Origin: Nostoc sp. DedSLP01
Lineage (GTDB): Bacteria > Cyanobacteriota > Cyanobacteriia > Cyanobacteriales > Nostocaceae
Reading direction: 5' to 3'
Length of the DNA: 64,000 bases
Assembly (NCBI GenBank): GCA_034530875.2
Contig: JAVRCJ020000016.1
Location: 131,984-195,983, forward strand
Under the pieces are notes generated by a model. It did not search any database. It was not told the origin of the DNA and worked only from the letters and a program-made list of their open reading frames with translations. Below are positions 8,760 to 19,264 of this stretch, piece by piece; the stretch's first letter is position 1, and the number at the start of each line of letters is the position of its first letter. The position numbers were made by a program, and so were the translations under genes.

Positions 8760-11700
8760 CTAACTTGGGCTAGTTGTTGTTGATTGAGATAGTAATAATG
8801 ACCTTTTTTAGCGATTAATTCGTCGTGAGTACCGCTTTCTACTAAAACGCCTCGATCTAAAACTAGAATCAAGTCAGCGTTACGGACTGTAGACAGGCGA
8901 TGAGCAATAATTACGCTTGTGCGTCCTTGAAGAATTGTTTTGAGATTGTTTTGAATAATTCGTTCTGATTCAGAATCTAGGTGGCTGGTGGCTTCATCAA
9001 ATAGTAATAAGCGAGGATTACCGAGCAAAGCACGAGCGATCGCTAGGCGTTGGCGCTGTCCGCCAGAGAGCATACCGCCGCCTTCACCAATTTGGGATTC
9101 GTAACCCATCGGTAGTTTTTGAATAAAATCATCGGCCCCAGCGTATTTTGCGGCTTGGATAATTTCTTCTATAGAAGCATTGGGATGAGCGATCGCAATG
9201 TTTTCCTGAATAGTCCCACCAAACAAAAAAGTATCTTGATCTACAACGCCGATTTGCGAACGGAGCGATCGCATAGATATAGTAGTGATGTCGCGGCCAT
9301 CAATGAGTACTTTGCCATCTGTCGCTGGGTATAAACCCAAAATTAATTTACTCAGGGTTGTTTTTCCAGAACCACTGCGGCCGACTACTGCAACCATCTG
9401 TTCTGGCTGAATTTCAAAGTTGAGATTTTCTAATACGTTAGTCTCAGTTTCTGGATGATAGCGAAAGGTAACATTTTGAAAACAAATGTGACCTCGCAGT
9501 TTACCCAAGGACTTGCGAGGTTTAGTTTGTAAGTCTTCTTCTGGTTCGGCCTCCAAGACATCATTAATACGTTCGGTGGAAATCACAATTTCCTGCAATT
9601 GATTCCACAGCATAGACAGCCGTTGAAAAGGACTCAAGACATTACCTACCAACATATTGAAAGCGATTAATTGTCCGATAGTTAGATCGCCATTAATCAC
9701 CTGAGTAGCTCCATACCACAGCAATCCAGTATTCACAAAGGTTTGAATGACGCCACTGATAATTTGCAAATGATTGCCAATTATTTGAGCATTAAAGGCT
9801 TTTTTGACTAAATTATTCAGCAATTCCTCCCAACGCCAGCGCACCGACTGTTCGATTGCTAACGAACGGACGGTACGAATTCCGGTGAGGGATTCTATGA
9901 GATAGCTTTGTTCTTCGGCACCAGCATTAAAAATTTCTCTGGAGATGCGGCGCAAAATACTTGTACTAGCCAGCGCCAAGATAAAAAATGGCGGTACAGT
10001 ACACAGCACGAATAATGACATCCGCCAGCTATAGGAAAACATTAAGCCCAAGTAAACCACCAATGTCAACAAATCCAACAAGATAGAGAGTGTCTCACCG
10101 GTCAGGAATTGCTGAATTTTTTGGTTTTCTTGGATGCGCGAGACTATATCCCCGACGAAACGCGACTCGAAATAGGAAAGTGGCAAACGAAAGGTATGTT
10201 TGATAAAGCCTACTAGTAGGGAAATGCTAACTCGGTTAGCAGTATGAAATAAGAGATATTGCCTGACACCGTTGACAGCGACACCGAACAACCCAAAAAC
10301 AATCATTCCCAAACCGATGGCGTTTAAGGTCGTAACGCTGCGCTGCACAAGTACTCTGTCGAGCAACAGTTGGGTGAATATCGGCGTTACCAGTCCAAAT
10401 AATTGGATGACTACGGAAGCAATAAAAATTTCTATCAGTGTCCGATAGTGAGGTTTGATTAACTCAAAAAATTTCCAAAAGCCTATACTTTCGTCTTTAA
10501 TATTTTTTAGTAAAGGTGTAGGTTGGAGCAATAATGCGTAACCACTCCAACCTGCTTGAAATTGAGCTTTTGTCAGGCTGCGTTGGCCGAGGTCGGGATC
10601 GCATACAATCACCCGCTTTTTTGCGATTTCATAGACAACTATGAAGTGTTTGCCTTCCCAGTGAGCAATTGCAGGTAAAGGTTGTTGTGCTAATTTCTCC
10701 AGTGTCGCTTTTACCGGACGGGTGGAAAAACCCAGGCTTTCTGCTGTTGCTGCCATAGCTTTGAGCGATGCACCATTGCGGTTGACGTTAGTCATATCCC
10801 GCAGGCGATTAATATTAAAATGTTTGCCCCAATAATTACCAATCATTACCAAACAAGCACAGCCACAATCGGCTGCGCTTTGTTGAGCATAGAAGGGATA
10901 GGTTTTAGTGAGGCGTTTCCACCAATGCCCCATTTGCACTTTGGGACTGGGAAAGTAAAAACGCGATTGTTTTGGCTGTTGTTGTGATTGCTGTTCTCGT
11001 TGGGGAAAAGGAATGATTTTAGCTTTTGCAGACTGGGAAGTTTTTTCCTTAGTCCCCACTTCCCAGTTTCCACTCTCGAGTCCCCACTCTCTCAATTCTG
11101 GGAAGTATTCTAGTGCTGTTTGGCTGCGATCGCTTTTTAGAATATAAACAATCGTTGGCTGGGTTACTTGCCAATCTCCTGGTTGTGGTTGGGTCAATAT
11201 TGTGCCTGGGGTTAAAATATATCCTTGAGAATGCCGCAGTTGCCCTCTGTACAATAACCACAATTGCGAATCTGGGAATATTTGGGGACTTATAGAGCCG
11301 ATTTCTAATTGATGTCGCTCAAACACAGATAAGGCTTTGAGCATCCCTGGAACTTGCGATGTATGGTTCGGTAGTTGTGAAGTTTGGCGAGATAACAACA
11401 ACAAATCCCAAAGTTCTGCACGGGCAAAAAGGCGATCGCGAATGTTAGGATGCTTGTCTATCAAGGTTTGCAATGCTTCTTGCCTGAAATAACCAAGTTT
11501 TAAGTTTGTGGAAGCTCTAACTATATAAGGAGTAAAGTTCGCTTCAGGAAACAGAGTCAATTCACCGAAAAAAGACCATGCACCAAAGCTAGCGATTAAA
11601 TTCTCAAAGCTATCTAAGAGTCTGACTTTACCTGTAAGGATAATGTAGATACCAGGATTTGCCTGTGCTGATTGCCAGAACTGCTTTGCCACTGGCGGCT

Positions 11701-11812
11701 CCACCATCTCCATTTCTTCAAGGAAGCTTTGTAATTCTGGTTCTGAAAGCATTGCACCTAAGGTAGATGAGAGCCTTTCACCCAGATGTTGCTCAAAAAG
11801 CACTGGCGGCAT
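8756..11812 (-). CDS. Peptidase-containing ABC transporter (cNMP-binding-like + C39 peptidase + TMD + NBD), HetC/HlyB-like architecture
   Basis: QQSAADCG catalytic Cys, HWEGKHF His, VCDP Asp; Walker A GRSGSGKT, LSGGQ, DEATSHLD; N-terminal IILTGKVRLL..FFGE. Confidence 0.96.
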   Translation of the reverse strand: MPPVLFEQHLGERLSSTLGAMLSEPELQSFLEEMEMVEPPVAKQFWQSAQANPGIYIILTGKVRLLDSFENLIASFGAWSFFGELTLFPEANFTPYIVRASTNLKLGYFRQEALQTLIDKHPNIRDRLFARAELWDLLLLSRQTSQLPNHTSQVPGMLKALSVFERHQLEIGSISPQIFPDSQLWLLYRGQLRHSQGYILTPGTILTQPQPGDWQVTQPTIVYILKSDRSQTALEYFPELREWGLESGNWEVGTKEKTSQSAKAKIIPFPQREQQSQQQPKQSRFYFPSPKVQMGHWWKRLTKTYPFYAQQSAADCGCACLVMIGNYWGKHFNINRLRDMTNVNRNGASLKAMAATAESLGFSTRPVKATLEKLAQQPLPAIAHWEGKHFIVVYEIAKKRVIVCDPDLGQRSLTKAQFQAGWSGYALLLQPTPLLKNIKDESIGFWKFFELIKPHYRTLIEIFIASVVIQLFGLVTPIFTQLLLDRVLVQRSVTTLNAIGLGMIVFGLFGVAVNGVRQYLLFHTANRVSISLLVGFIKHTFRLPLSYFESRFVGDIVSRIQENQKIQQFLTGETLSILLDLLTLVVYLGLMFSYSWRMSLFVLCTVPPFFILALASTSILRRISREIFNAGAEEQSYLIESLTGIRTVRSLAIEQSVRWRWEELLNNLVKKAFNAQIIGNHLQIISGVIQTFVNTGLLWYGATQVINGDLTIGQLIAFNMLVGNVLSPFQRLSMLWNQLQEIVISTERINDVLEAEPEEDLQTKPRKSLGKLRGHICFQNVTFRYHPETETNVLENLNFEIQPEQMVAVVGRSGSGKTTLSKLILGLYPATDGKVLIDGRDITTISMRSLRSQIGVVDQDTFLFGGTIQENIAIAHPNASIEEIIQAAKYAGADDFIQKLPMGYESQIGEGGGMLSGGQRQRLAIARALLGNPRLLLFDEATSHLDSESERIIQNNLKTILQGRTSVIIAHRLSTVRNADLILVLDRGVLVESGTHDELIAKKGHYYYLNQQQLAQVS

Positions 11813-12447
11813 TTTCTAATCTCCACAATAGAATTTAGTTATTTATCCTGAATGAAATTCAAAAATTAATTAAAACTTTTTGGGAATACCGTATTTTCAC
11901 AGTGGAAACCCTAAGCCTCCTTGGAGTAAAGTTTTAAGAATACAAAATGTCAATAAGTAACACTTAGACACAAAGTATTTTTGTTGGGCAGATATTTGTA
12001 GTGGTTGTAGTCAATCGTTAATCTCAATACCAAAATGTCGAACTAGAAATTTGTTTAGTTAGATAACATTTAGGCTCGGGATAAAAAATGGAATCGAGAT
12101 TCTCGAAGCAAATATAGCTTGCTTATTTTGACAATCAGCAGCTTTCCTAAAGGATGTTTGAGAAAAATTCTTTTCACATCCAGATGTAGTAGATGCAGCG
12201 ATGAATATGCAATCGCTTCGAGTTCCCAATTATTAACTGGTGAAATTTTTCCAGATATCGATTGTTAAGAAAATATCTTGGCTGAAAATTAGCTTTCAGT
12301 CTCTATAACAAAACCTAAGCTTGAAAAAGGCTTAAAAGACTGATTTCAGATGTTCCTAGCTTTTTAACAGCGTTGTCTTGAGTAAAGTTGTGTGGCATAA
12401 TTATATACAGTTGCACTGAGTTGTAAATTTTTGGTAAACGAATCCAT

Positions 12448-12593
12448 TGCAGTTGTGCGATCGAAGCCTGACAGCAAAAAACACAACTGCATATCAGATC
12501 GACCCTGCAAGGTTAATCTGATATTTACACGATGTGCAGCGCCCGGTGTAATTCCCCTATAATTTTTCGATCTTTATAGGGGTTAGCATCGGG
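12448..12593. ncRNA. Candidate structured RNA / leader: three adjacent hairpins
   Basis: Inverted repeats at 12448-12457/12482-12491, 12491-12499/12516-12524 and 12542-12562/12574-12593. Confidence 0.3.
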
Positions 12594-13334
12594 ATAGCCT
12601 CAGTCTCAAGGATGCAACCTAGATACCTAAAAAGGTAGCTATTTGTAAGGCTACAGTAAGTAGAAGAGAGCTATAACAATACAAGGCACATCATAACTTT
12701 TTGTTTTTTGAGATTCTACTGCTCGAGCAAAACCTCACTCAGAAAACATTGATTAAGCTTGCTTGGAAGATTCTAGGGTGAATTTGCAGCAGTCTCTAGT
12801 TTTTTTAAGGGAACATCTAGCGAAGCCATTTGACGTCTGTATTATACCTCCCATAGTTTGATAAATGCAAGCGACTAAAAGAAATTTGTTAACATGCTAT
12901 TAACATACTTACCATCATTACACTGTCAAAGTTTAGATTTGAAGAGTTTATGAGTTTCTTAATCTAATTTTGTTGAAAAACCATGTAATACATACAAACT
13001 TTTCATAAAAAAATCAAAACTATTTAGTACTTCTCTGTAAAGGATTGTGAAGTCAAAGAAAAGTTGGCTTTAGTACTCCATCAATAATTTTATTGCACAA
13101 TAGACCGCGCCAGTAAAAGCCGTGTCCATCGACTTTCATTTAAAGTTTTGCAAATTTACTGTGTTAAGTGTTTTATACAGACAGGAATTATAAAAATGTA
13201 AATTAAAAAACAAAAAAAAATTTTGTCCGAATGCTTATATCTGCAACTGCTTTGACACAGACCGATCTGGAGTCAGCAATTGTTCGTAACATTTGATTGT
13301 TTCACAATATACATCGTTAACGGCGATTACTTAC

Positions 13335-13425
13335 TAAGTAGAAGGCAGGAGGCAGAAGGCAAAAACCAGTTGACCAGAGGATTTTAAAAATTAACATTTT
13401 ACATTTAATTATGTCTACCTACTTA
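13335..13425. mobile_element. TAAGTAG...CTACTTA small dispersed element
   Basis: Similar to 2544-2650 (shared TTTTACATTTAATTATGTCT.CCTACTTA). Confidence 0.7.
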
Positions 13426-13427
13426 TC

Positions 13428-13616
13428 ATCGCTCAGAAACTACAATGTACAATTCGTAGCAAAGATTTAGCATCTCGCTTTGGTGGTGATGAGATTATAA
13501 TTTTGCTGGAAGATATTGCAGGCATTAAAGAAGCAATTTCAGTTGCTCAACGAATCTTAGTAAAATTACAATCTCCATTCATACTGAACGACTCGGAAGT
13601 TTTTTTAACCACTAGC
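13428..13616 (+). pseudogene. Internal fragment of a GGDEF (diguanylate cyclase) domain
   Basis: Translates IAQKLQCTIRSKDLASRFGGDEIIILLEDIAGIKEAISVAQRILVKLQSPFILNDSEVFLTTS. No start codon; not in the ORF track. Confidence 0.85.
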
Positions 13617-15480
13617 AGCGTTCCCTATTTTCTACTGTAAAAGGATTATCGATAGCCACATAAATCGAGTGAGTGGGAAGAGAACTGTGCATTTCATCAA
13701 TGTCGTGAAAGCGGGAGATGAGATTGGCTTTGCAACGCCACTGCGGTTGGCGAAGTTGATGCAGGAGTTTTGAGCTATCTGGCTCTATATGTGCGTATGT
13801 ATCTAAAGTAGTTCTGACTTCTGCTAAAAGTACTCGTTCATCCACCAAACCAGCGACACCGAAGGCATTAATCAGCCCCAACAAATGATTGTTGAAAAAG
13901 TAATAACCCAGGCGTTCGTCAGCAGCAACGGCATTTTTAGACACCGTATGGCTTCTGTTAGTAAAGCCAGGGAGGATGCCATCTAAATGTTCCCGAAAAG
14001 CCGGGTGACAGTAATAATCTTGATTATCGCGGAAAAAGAAGCGGTAAGGATAACCATCTTGGAGTTGCAAAACACTATTTTGTTGATGCGCTTCTAGCCC
14101 TATGCCATAAGTAAAGTAAAGCCAAAGAATCGGCTCTAGGGAAATTTTCAGGTAACGGCAAAACCAATCCCGGCTAACTTCACTTGTGGGGCGTTGTTCG
14201 CGTTCTGCTAGTAATTTGATAATATTTGTCAAGCGCGAACCATCATAAAACATTGCATCTTGACATAGAGATATTAAACAAGTGGCATCAGGAGCAGGAT
14301 TGTTTGGGAAAACATTTTCTCGTAATAGAGAAGCGAAAGCACTACTGGGTTCGCCGTCTATTTTCAAGGTGATGTAGGCAGGCTCTCGAATAATATTAAA
14401 TTGTGGGAAGCGATCGCGCAATTCCTGACCGACTTGAGTATTCAATAATTGATAGAGTTCTACCGCCCGTTTTAACTCTTTATAAGTAATAGCCCGTATC
14501 GAGTTAGTAATCTTGACGTTCAAAGAGAGTTTGAGCATGAACGCTGCATCAGGATGATAAACTGTACGAATTGAAGAAGTAGGCATAAAAGCTCGCCCTT
14601 GTAACCCCAAATCTTCCAGCAATCCTTGATTCAATAACTGCTGCACTGCTGGTTGACGCCGCACAAAATTTGCCTGCCAAGGATGCATCGGTAACAAAGC
14701 ATATTCATCTGTGCGGCAATAATTAATCTTGAAGTTTTCATCCACTTGAGTATCCGCCAACAGTTCTGCTTTAATCAGTTCTGTAGCTGTTTGTGGCAAT
14801 GCTGAATTTGACTCCACTATCGACTGATGGGCGCGAAAGTAGTGCAGAGGAAAACAACCTTTCAATTCTGGAGAATAAATAGCTAATTCATTCTCAGCAA
14901 ATTCTGGACGGCTTTTTGGTGTTGGGTGTAAAGGATGCCCAAAAACTAGGGCTTGTTCGGTTTCAATAAAATTACTTTTAAAAGCATAAAGAATATCTGT
15001 ATCCTGTCGCCGCTGCCGCACAAACTGTTCGATATTGCCACAGCTTTCTACTACTCGCCGCAGCAATTCCTCCTGGTGTCCATTATTACCATCAACCAGG
15101 GCTAACTCTTTTATCAGTAGAGTAACTAAAGTGATGCAATCAACTTCTAAAATAGCAGTTTTATCCGCTGGTTGATAATAAATTGGAAAGTAAAATAAAT
15201 GCCGTCCAGTTAGCGAATAATAGCGTAAACCAGCCAATATTTGTATATTTTGGTGCTCTAAGTAACAACGTATTAATACTTCAGTTTTAGTACGATTAAA
15301 TACTTCATTTATACCATCGCCGATCGCTTCAGTATTGGCTTTGATAATTTTGCCCGTACCAGTTTCTCGCAGGTAACAATTGAAAAAGCTTTGGATTGTT
15401 GCTTGTTCGGCAATTTCTTTGTCAGTGCGATTTATAGTCAGTTGTGACGTTGCAGTGGTAATAATGGTTTGCTGTATCAT
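13612..15480 (-). CDS. IucA/IucC-family NRPS-independent siderophore synthetase
   Basis: GHPLHPTPKSR, HPWQ, PTSSIRT, KITNSIR, EAHQQNS and RDNQ motifs. Confidence 0.95.
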   Translation of the reverse strand: MIQQTIITTATSQLTINRTDKEIAEQATIQSFFNCYLRETGTGKIIKANTEAIGDGINEVFNRTKTEVLIRCYLEHQNIQILAGLRYYSLTGRHLFYFPIYYQPADKTAILEVDCITLVTLLIKELALVDGNNGHQEELLRRVVESCGNIEQFVRQRRQDTDILYAFKSNFIETEQALVFGHPLHPTPKSRPEFAENELAIYSPELKGCFPLHYFRAHQSIVESNSALPQTATELIKAELLADTQVDENFKINYCRTDEYALLPMHPWQANFVRRQPAVQQLLNQGLLEDLGLQGRAFMPTSSIRTVYHPDAAFMLKLSLNVKITNSIRAITYKELKRAVELYQLLNTQVGQELRDRFPQFNIIREPAYITLKIDGEPSSAFASLLRENVFPNNPAPDATCLISLCQDAMFYDGSRLTNIIKLLAEREQRPTSEVSRDWFCRYLKISLEPILWLYFTYGIGLEAHQQNSVLQLQDGYPYRFFFRDNQDYYCHPAFREHLDGILPGFTNRSHTVSKNAVAADERLGYYFFNNHLLGLINAFGVAGLVDERVLLAEVRTTLDTYAHIEPDSSKLLHQLRQPQWRCKANLISRFHDIDEMHSSLPTHSIYVAIDNPFTVENRERC

Positions 15481-15499
15481 TGGGTTTTTAGGTCTAAAG

Positions 15500-15575
15500 A
15501 TTGAGTATTTCTCAGTAAATGACTAATACCAATTGAAAAATATTCGCGACAAATATATTCTGATACAGAATTATC
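15500..15575 (-). promoter_or_regulatory. Putative Fur-box region upstream of the siderophore synthetase
   Basis: ATTGAGTATTTCTCAGT near-palindrome plus ATTGAAAAATATT and GATAATTCT (minus strand) AT-rich motifs. Confidence 0.45.
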
Positions 15576-15696
15576 GCTTTGCAAACCAAGATTTGAAGGG
15601 GTAAAGGGAAAGGGAAAGGGAAAAGGGAAAAGGGGAATGGGCATTGCTGATTCTCCCCCTGCCCCCTAGTTCCCATTCCCCAATCGCCAGTCACCT

Positions 15697-18600
15697 TTAC
15701 ACAGCTCCTCCATCCTGCTGCGATCGCAGTTGCGTTTCTGGCTGAGTTGCAGGCAAAGTTCTATGGCCAAATTCTGAAGTTCCATTTGGAGACTCTGGGG
15801 GATTTGAGCCTCCACGACGGCCGCGAGAAAATATAGTCTCAGCCAAGGTTTTAATCAGAATGTAGAGAATTGGCACTAAGAACAAACTCAAGAACGTTGA
15901 AACCAGCAGTCCCCCAAACAAGGCTGTACCTAAAGACCAACGGCTACTTGCTCCAGCTCCTTCAGAAATCACCAAGGGCAAAAATCCTAACAGCGCTGCA
16001 AAGGAAGTCATTAAAATCGGTCGCAAACGTTCTTGTCCGGCTTTTACTGCGGCGCGGGTATAGCTCATGCCTCGCTCGTGCAGTTGATTGGCAAATTCCA
16101 CGACTAGAATCGCGTTCTTGGCGGCTAGACCAATTAAGGTTACCAAACCTACTTGGCAATAAATATCATCTACTACCTTGGGAAACAGACTGCCAGCCAT
16201 GAAAATATTCGATCGCAACCAAATCGCTGTCATTGCTCCCAACACTGCCAGGGGAACTGTCAGCAAAATAATAATTGGGTCAACGTAACTTTCATATTGA
16301 GCCGCCAGTACTAAAAATACAATAGCGATCGCTAAAGCAAAAATCAGTCCGGTAGCTCCTCCAGATGTCTTCTCTTGCAGATAAGTCCCCGTCCACTCGT
16401 AACCAAATCCCTGGGGTAATACCTCTGCGGCTACTTCCTCCATCGCTTTAATCGCCTGTCCGGAACTCGCACCAGGAGCCGGAGCGCCTTGGACTTTAAT
16501 TGAGCGATACAAGTTATAATGCGAGATTGTCTTTGGCCCTATAAAGGGAGTCACTTTCACCAGACTGCTCAAGGGGATCATCGCCCCAGTAGACGAGCGA
16601 ACATATAACTTGCCAATATCATCGGGATTTGAACGGTAAACTCCATCTGCTTGCACGTATACTCGGTATTGTCGCTGTCCTTGGACAAAGTTATTCACGT
16701 ATTGCGACCCCAAGTAAGATTGCAATGCCCCAAAGATATCATTAATTTCGACATTGAGAGCTTTGGCTTCGTTGCGGTTTACCTGGATTTCAAATTGCGG
16801 CGTATTGGCGGTGAATTGGGTAAAAACTCGTTGCAGAACGGGCTTTTGATTTGCTGCGGCAATGAACTTTTGAGTGACATCAACCAAAGTTTGAATCGGC
16901 GCGCTGCCCGTGCGGTCTTGGATAATAAACTCAAAACCACCCGTAGTACTTAATCCTCTCACTGGCGGAGCATTTACAGCGATCGCTCTAGCTTCGGTAA
17001 TCCCAGACAGCTTTTTGTTGAGCCTTTGCAAGATGCCATAAACAGAATGAGATGCTTCGGTTCTTTCTTTCCAAGGTTTCAGGTTCGCAAAGGCAATACC
17101 CAAATTAGAAGCATTGCCATCAAAACCAAAACCGCTAATCATAAAACTAGCTCTCACTTCCGGAGCTGCTGTCACTTCCTTAGCAACCCGTTCCATCACC
17201 GATTCCGTGTATTTCAAAGAAACTCCATCAGGCCCCTGGACAATTACAAAGAAGTACCCTTGGTCTTCCTCTGGAATAAATCCTGTAGGCACTGTTTTGT
17301 ACATGAAAACCGTTGCCAGTATACCAGCGATGAAAACTCCAATCACAACTGCCTTTATATGGGTAAGGAAGCTGACAAACCTCACATATCGGCGCGTGAA
17401 CCAGCTAAATCCCCGATTAAACAGCCCAAAAAACCAGCCCAAAGGCCCCCGTGGAGTTCGAGCAGGGCGCATGAGAATTGCTGCCATACTGGGAGAGAAG
17501 GTTAAAGCATTGAAAGTCGAAATCCCAATAGAACAAGCAATGGTCAACGCAAACTGCTTGTAAACAATCCCAGTCGTACCCGGAATAAATGCAACGGGAA
17601 TGAATACCGCCATCAGTACAAGCGAAGTAGCAATGACTGCCCCCGTCAACTCTTTCATAGCTTCTACGGCTGCGTCAAACGGCTTCATACCTTGTTCGAG
17701 TTTGACTGCAACAGCTTCCACCACAATGATGGCATCATCGACGACAATACCGATCGCTAGAACGAAACCAAATAAGGTCAGTGTATTAATTTGAAATCCT
17801 AGAACCAAAAGAGCCGCACACGTCCCAATCAAAGAAACGGGGATCGCAACAGTAGGAATGATTGTGGTGCGCCAATCTTGCAAGAAAACAAAGATTACTA
17901 ACACCACCAGTGCGATCGCTTCAACCAGCGTGTGCAGAACTTCTTCTAAGGAAATTTCCACAAACGGAGTGGTATCAAATGCTAACTGTGCTTTGAGTCC
18001 TGGCGGAAAATTCTTCGATAGGATTTCAATTTGTTCTTCAACAGCATGGGCAACTTGTAAGGCATTACTACCAGGAAGTTGATATATCCCTAAACCAACA
18101 GCAGGCTTGGGATCTTTTCCTGGAATGGTAAATTTGGCATCAGCAAGATAGCTTTCTGCTCCTAGTTCAACTCGACCGACATCTTTAACTTTAACTAAGG
18201 TGTTAGCAGTGCCACCTTGCCCCACTTTTAACACCATCTCCTCAAATTCAGCAGCATCTTTGAATCGGCTGGTTGCCTTTAAAGCAAATTCAAAGCTTTG
18301 ATTATCTGGGGCTGGTTCCTTGCCAATTGCCCCTGCGCCCACCTGAATATTCTGTTCTTGCAGCGCAGTTGTCACATCTTGAGGAGTTAGTTGATGTTGA
18401 GCAAGTTTGTTGGGATCGAGCCAGAGACGCATTGCATATTTGCGTTCTCCAAAAATTCTAGAACTGCCTACACCAGGAATGCGTTTAATTTGGTCGAGGA
18501 TGAATAAGTCAACATAGTTACTAATAAAAATGTTGTCATATTCATTATTTTCTGAGTAAAAACCATAGACGAGCAGCAGACTAGTTGATGCTGTTTCAAC

Positions 18601-18987
18601 AGTTACACCCGTTCTTTGAACAATATCCGGTAATTGAGATTCAGAGAGAGCTTCTTTATTTTGAACGTTTACTTGAGCAATATCGCTATTAACACTAGTT
18701 GGGAAGGAAACAGTTATATTGCTCGAACCATCATTACCTGTATTAGAAGAGATGTAAGATACATTTTTAACGCCATTAATTTGGCGCTCGATAATATTAG
18801 TAACAGTGCTTTCTGTTGTTTGAGCATCTGCACCAATATTATTAGAACTAACGTTGATTTGCACCGGAGCTAGATCCGGTAGCTGAGAAATCGGCAGCAC
18901 AGGAATACAAATACTTCCCAGCAGCAAAATGATAAATGTACAGACGGTCGTCAGAACTGGACGCCTGATGAAAGTTTTGACAAACAT
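15697..18987 (-). CDS. RND efflux transporter permease (AcrB/HAE1 family)
   Basis: MFVKTFIRRPV start, GIVVDDAIIVVE, AAKNAILVVEFA, RLRPILMTS. The longer ORF start is STRR-derived. Confidence 0.96.
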   Translation of the reverse strand: MFVKTFIRRPVLTTVCTFIILLLGSICIPVLPISQLPDLAPVQINVSSNNIGADAQTTESTVTNIIERQINGVKNVSYISSNTGNDGSSNITVSFPTSVNSDIAQVNVQNKEALSESQLPDIVQRTGVTVETASTSLLLVYGFYSENNEYDNIFISNYVDLFILDQIKRIPGVGSSRIFGERKYAMRLWLDPNKLAQHQLTPQDVTTALQEQNIQVGAGAIGKEPAPDNQSFEFALKATSRFKDAAEFEEMVLKVGQGGTANTLVKVKDVGRVELGAESYLADAKFTIPGKDPKPAVGLGIYQLPGSNALQVAHAVEEQIEILSKNFPPGLKAQLAFDTTPFVEISLEEVLHTLVEAIALVVLVIFVFLQDWRTTIIPTVAIPVSLIGTCAALLVLGFQINTLTLFGFVLAIGIVVDDAIIVVEAVAVKLEQGMKPFDAAVEAMKELTGAVIATSLVLMAVFIPVAFIPGTTGIVYKQFALTIACSIGISTFNALTFSPSMAAILMRPARTPRGPLGWFFGLFNRGFSWFTRRYVRFVSFLTHIKAVVIGVFIAGILATVFMYKTVPTGFIPEEDQGYFFVIVQGPDGVSLKYTESVMERVAKEVTAAPEVRASFMISGFGFDGNASNLGIAFANLKPWKERTEASHSVYGILQRLNKKLSGITEARAIAVNAPPVRGLSTTGGFEFIIQDRTGSAPIQTLVDVTQKFIAAANQKPVLQRVFTQFTANTPQFEIQVNRNEAKALNVEINDIFGALQSYLGSQYVNNFVQGQRQYRVYVQADGVYRSNPDDIGKLYVRSSTGAMIPLSSLVKVTPFIGPKTISHYNLYRSIKVQGAPAPGASSGQAIKAMEEVAAEVLPQGFGYEWTGTYLQEKTSGGATGLIFALAIAIVFLVLAAQYESYVDPIIILLTVPLAVLGAMTAIWLRSNIFMAGSLFPKVVDDIYCQVGLVTLIGLAAKNAILVVEFANQLHERGMSYTRAAVKAGQERLRPILMTSFAALLGFLPLVISEGAGASSRWSLGTALFGGLLVSTFLSLFLVPILYILIKTLAETIFSRGRRGGSNPPESPNGTSEFGHRTLPATQPETQLRSQQDGGAV

Positions 18988-18989
18988 AA

Positions 18990-19180
18990 GACTGGGGGCT
19001 GGTGATTGGGGGCTGGGGACTGGTGACTGGTGACTGGTGACTGGTGAATAAGGAGTGGGGAGTAGAAAGTAGAAAATAAGTTGCAAGGCATCTTTCCCCA
19101 GACCTTTATACCTAAAGCCTCTTTCAATGCCCAGTCGCCAATCCCCAGTCCCCAGTCGCTAATCCCTAATTTCCAGCCCA
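18990..19180. repeat. STRR heptamer repeats (TGGTGAC/TGGGGAC and inverse)
   Basis: Tandem heptamers in both orientations between the RND gene and lysR. Confidence 0.8.
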
Positions 19181-19264
19181 TTAAAATTTTTTATCGCAAA
19201 CTGCCTCAAAAGTCCAAGATATATTGCTATAACCAAAAGGAATAGATAAAAATTACCAAACAGC

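Noticed and set aside
11813..13330. HetP-like gene or canonical NtcA box upstream of the HetC-like transporter
   Set aside because: I found no ORF with HetP motifs and no convincing GTA-N8-TAC site by eye, so the transporter is not called hetC.
18988..19181. N-terminal extension of the RND ORF and the overlapping 76-aa ORF
   Set aside because: Translations of STRR heptamer repeats (SPVPSPQ / GDWGLG).
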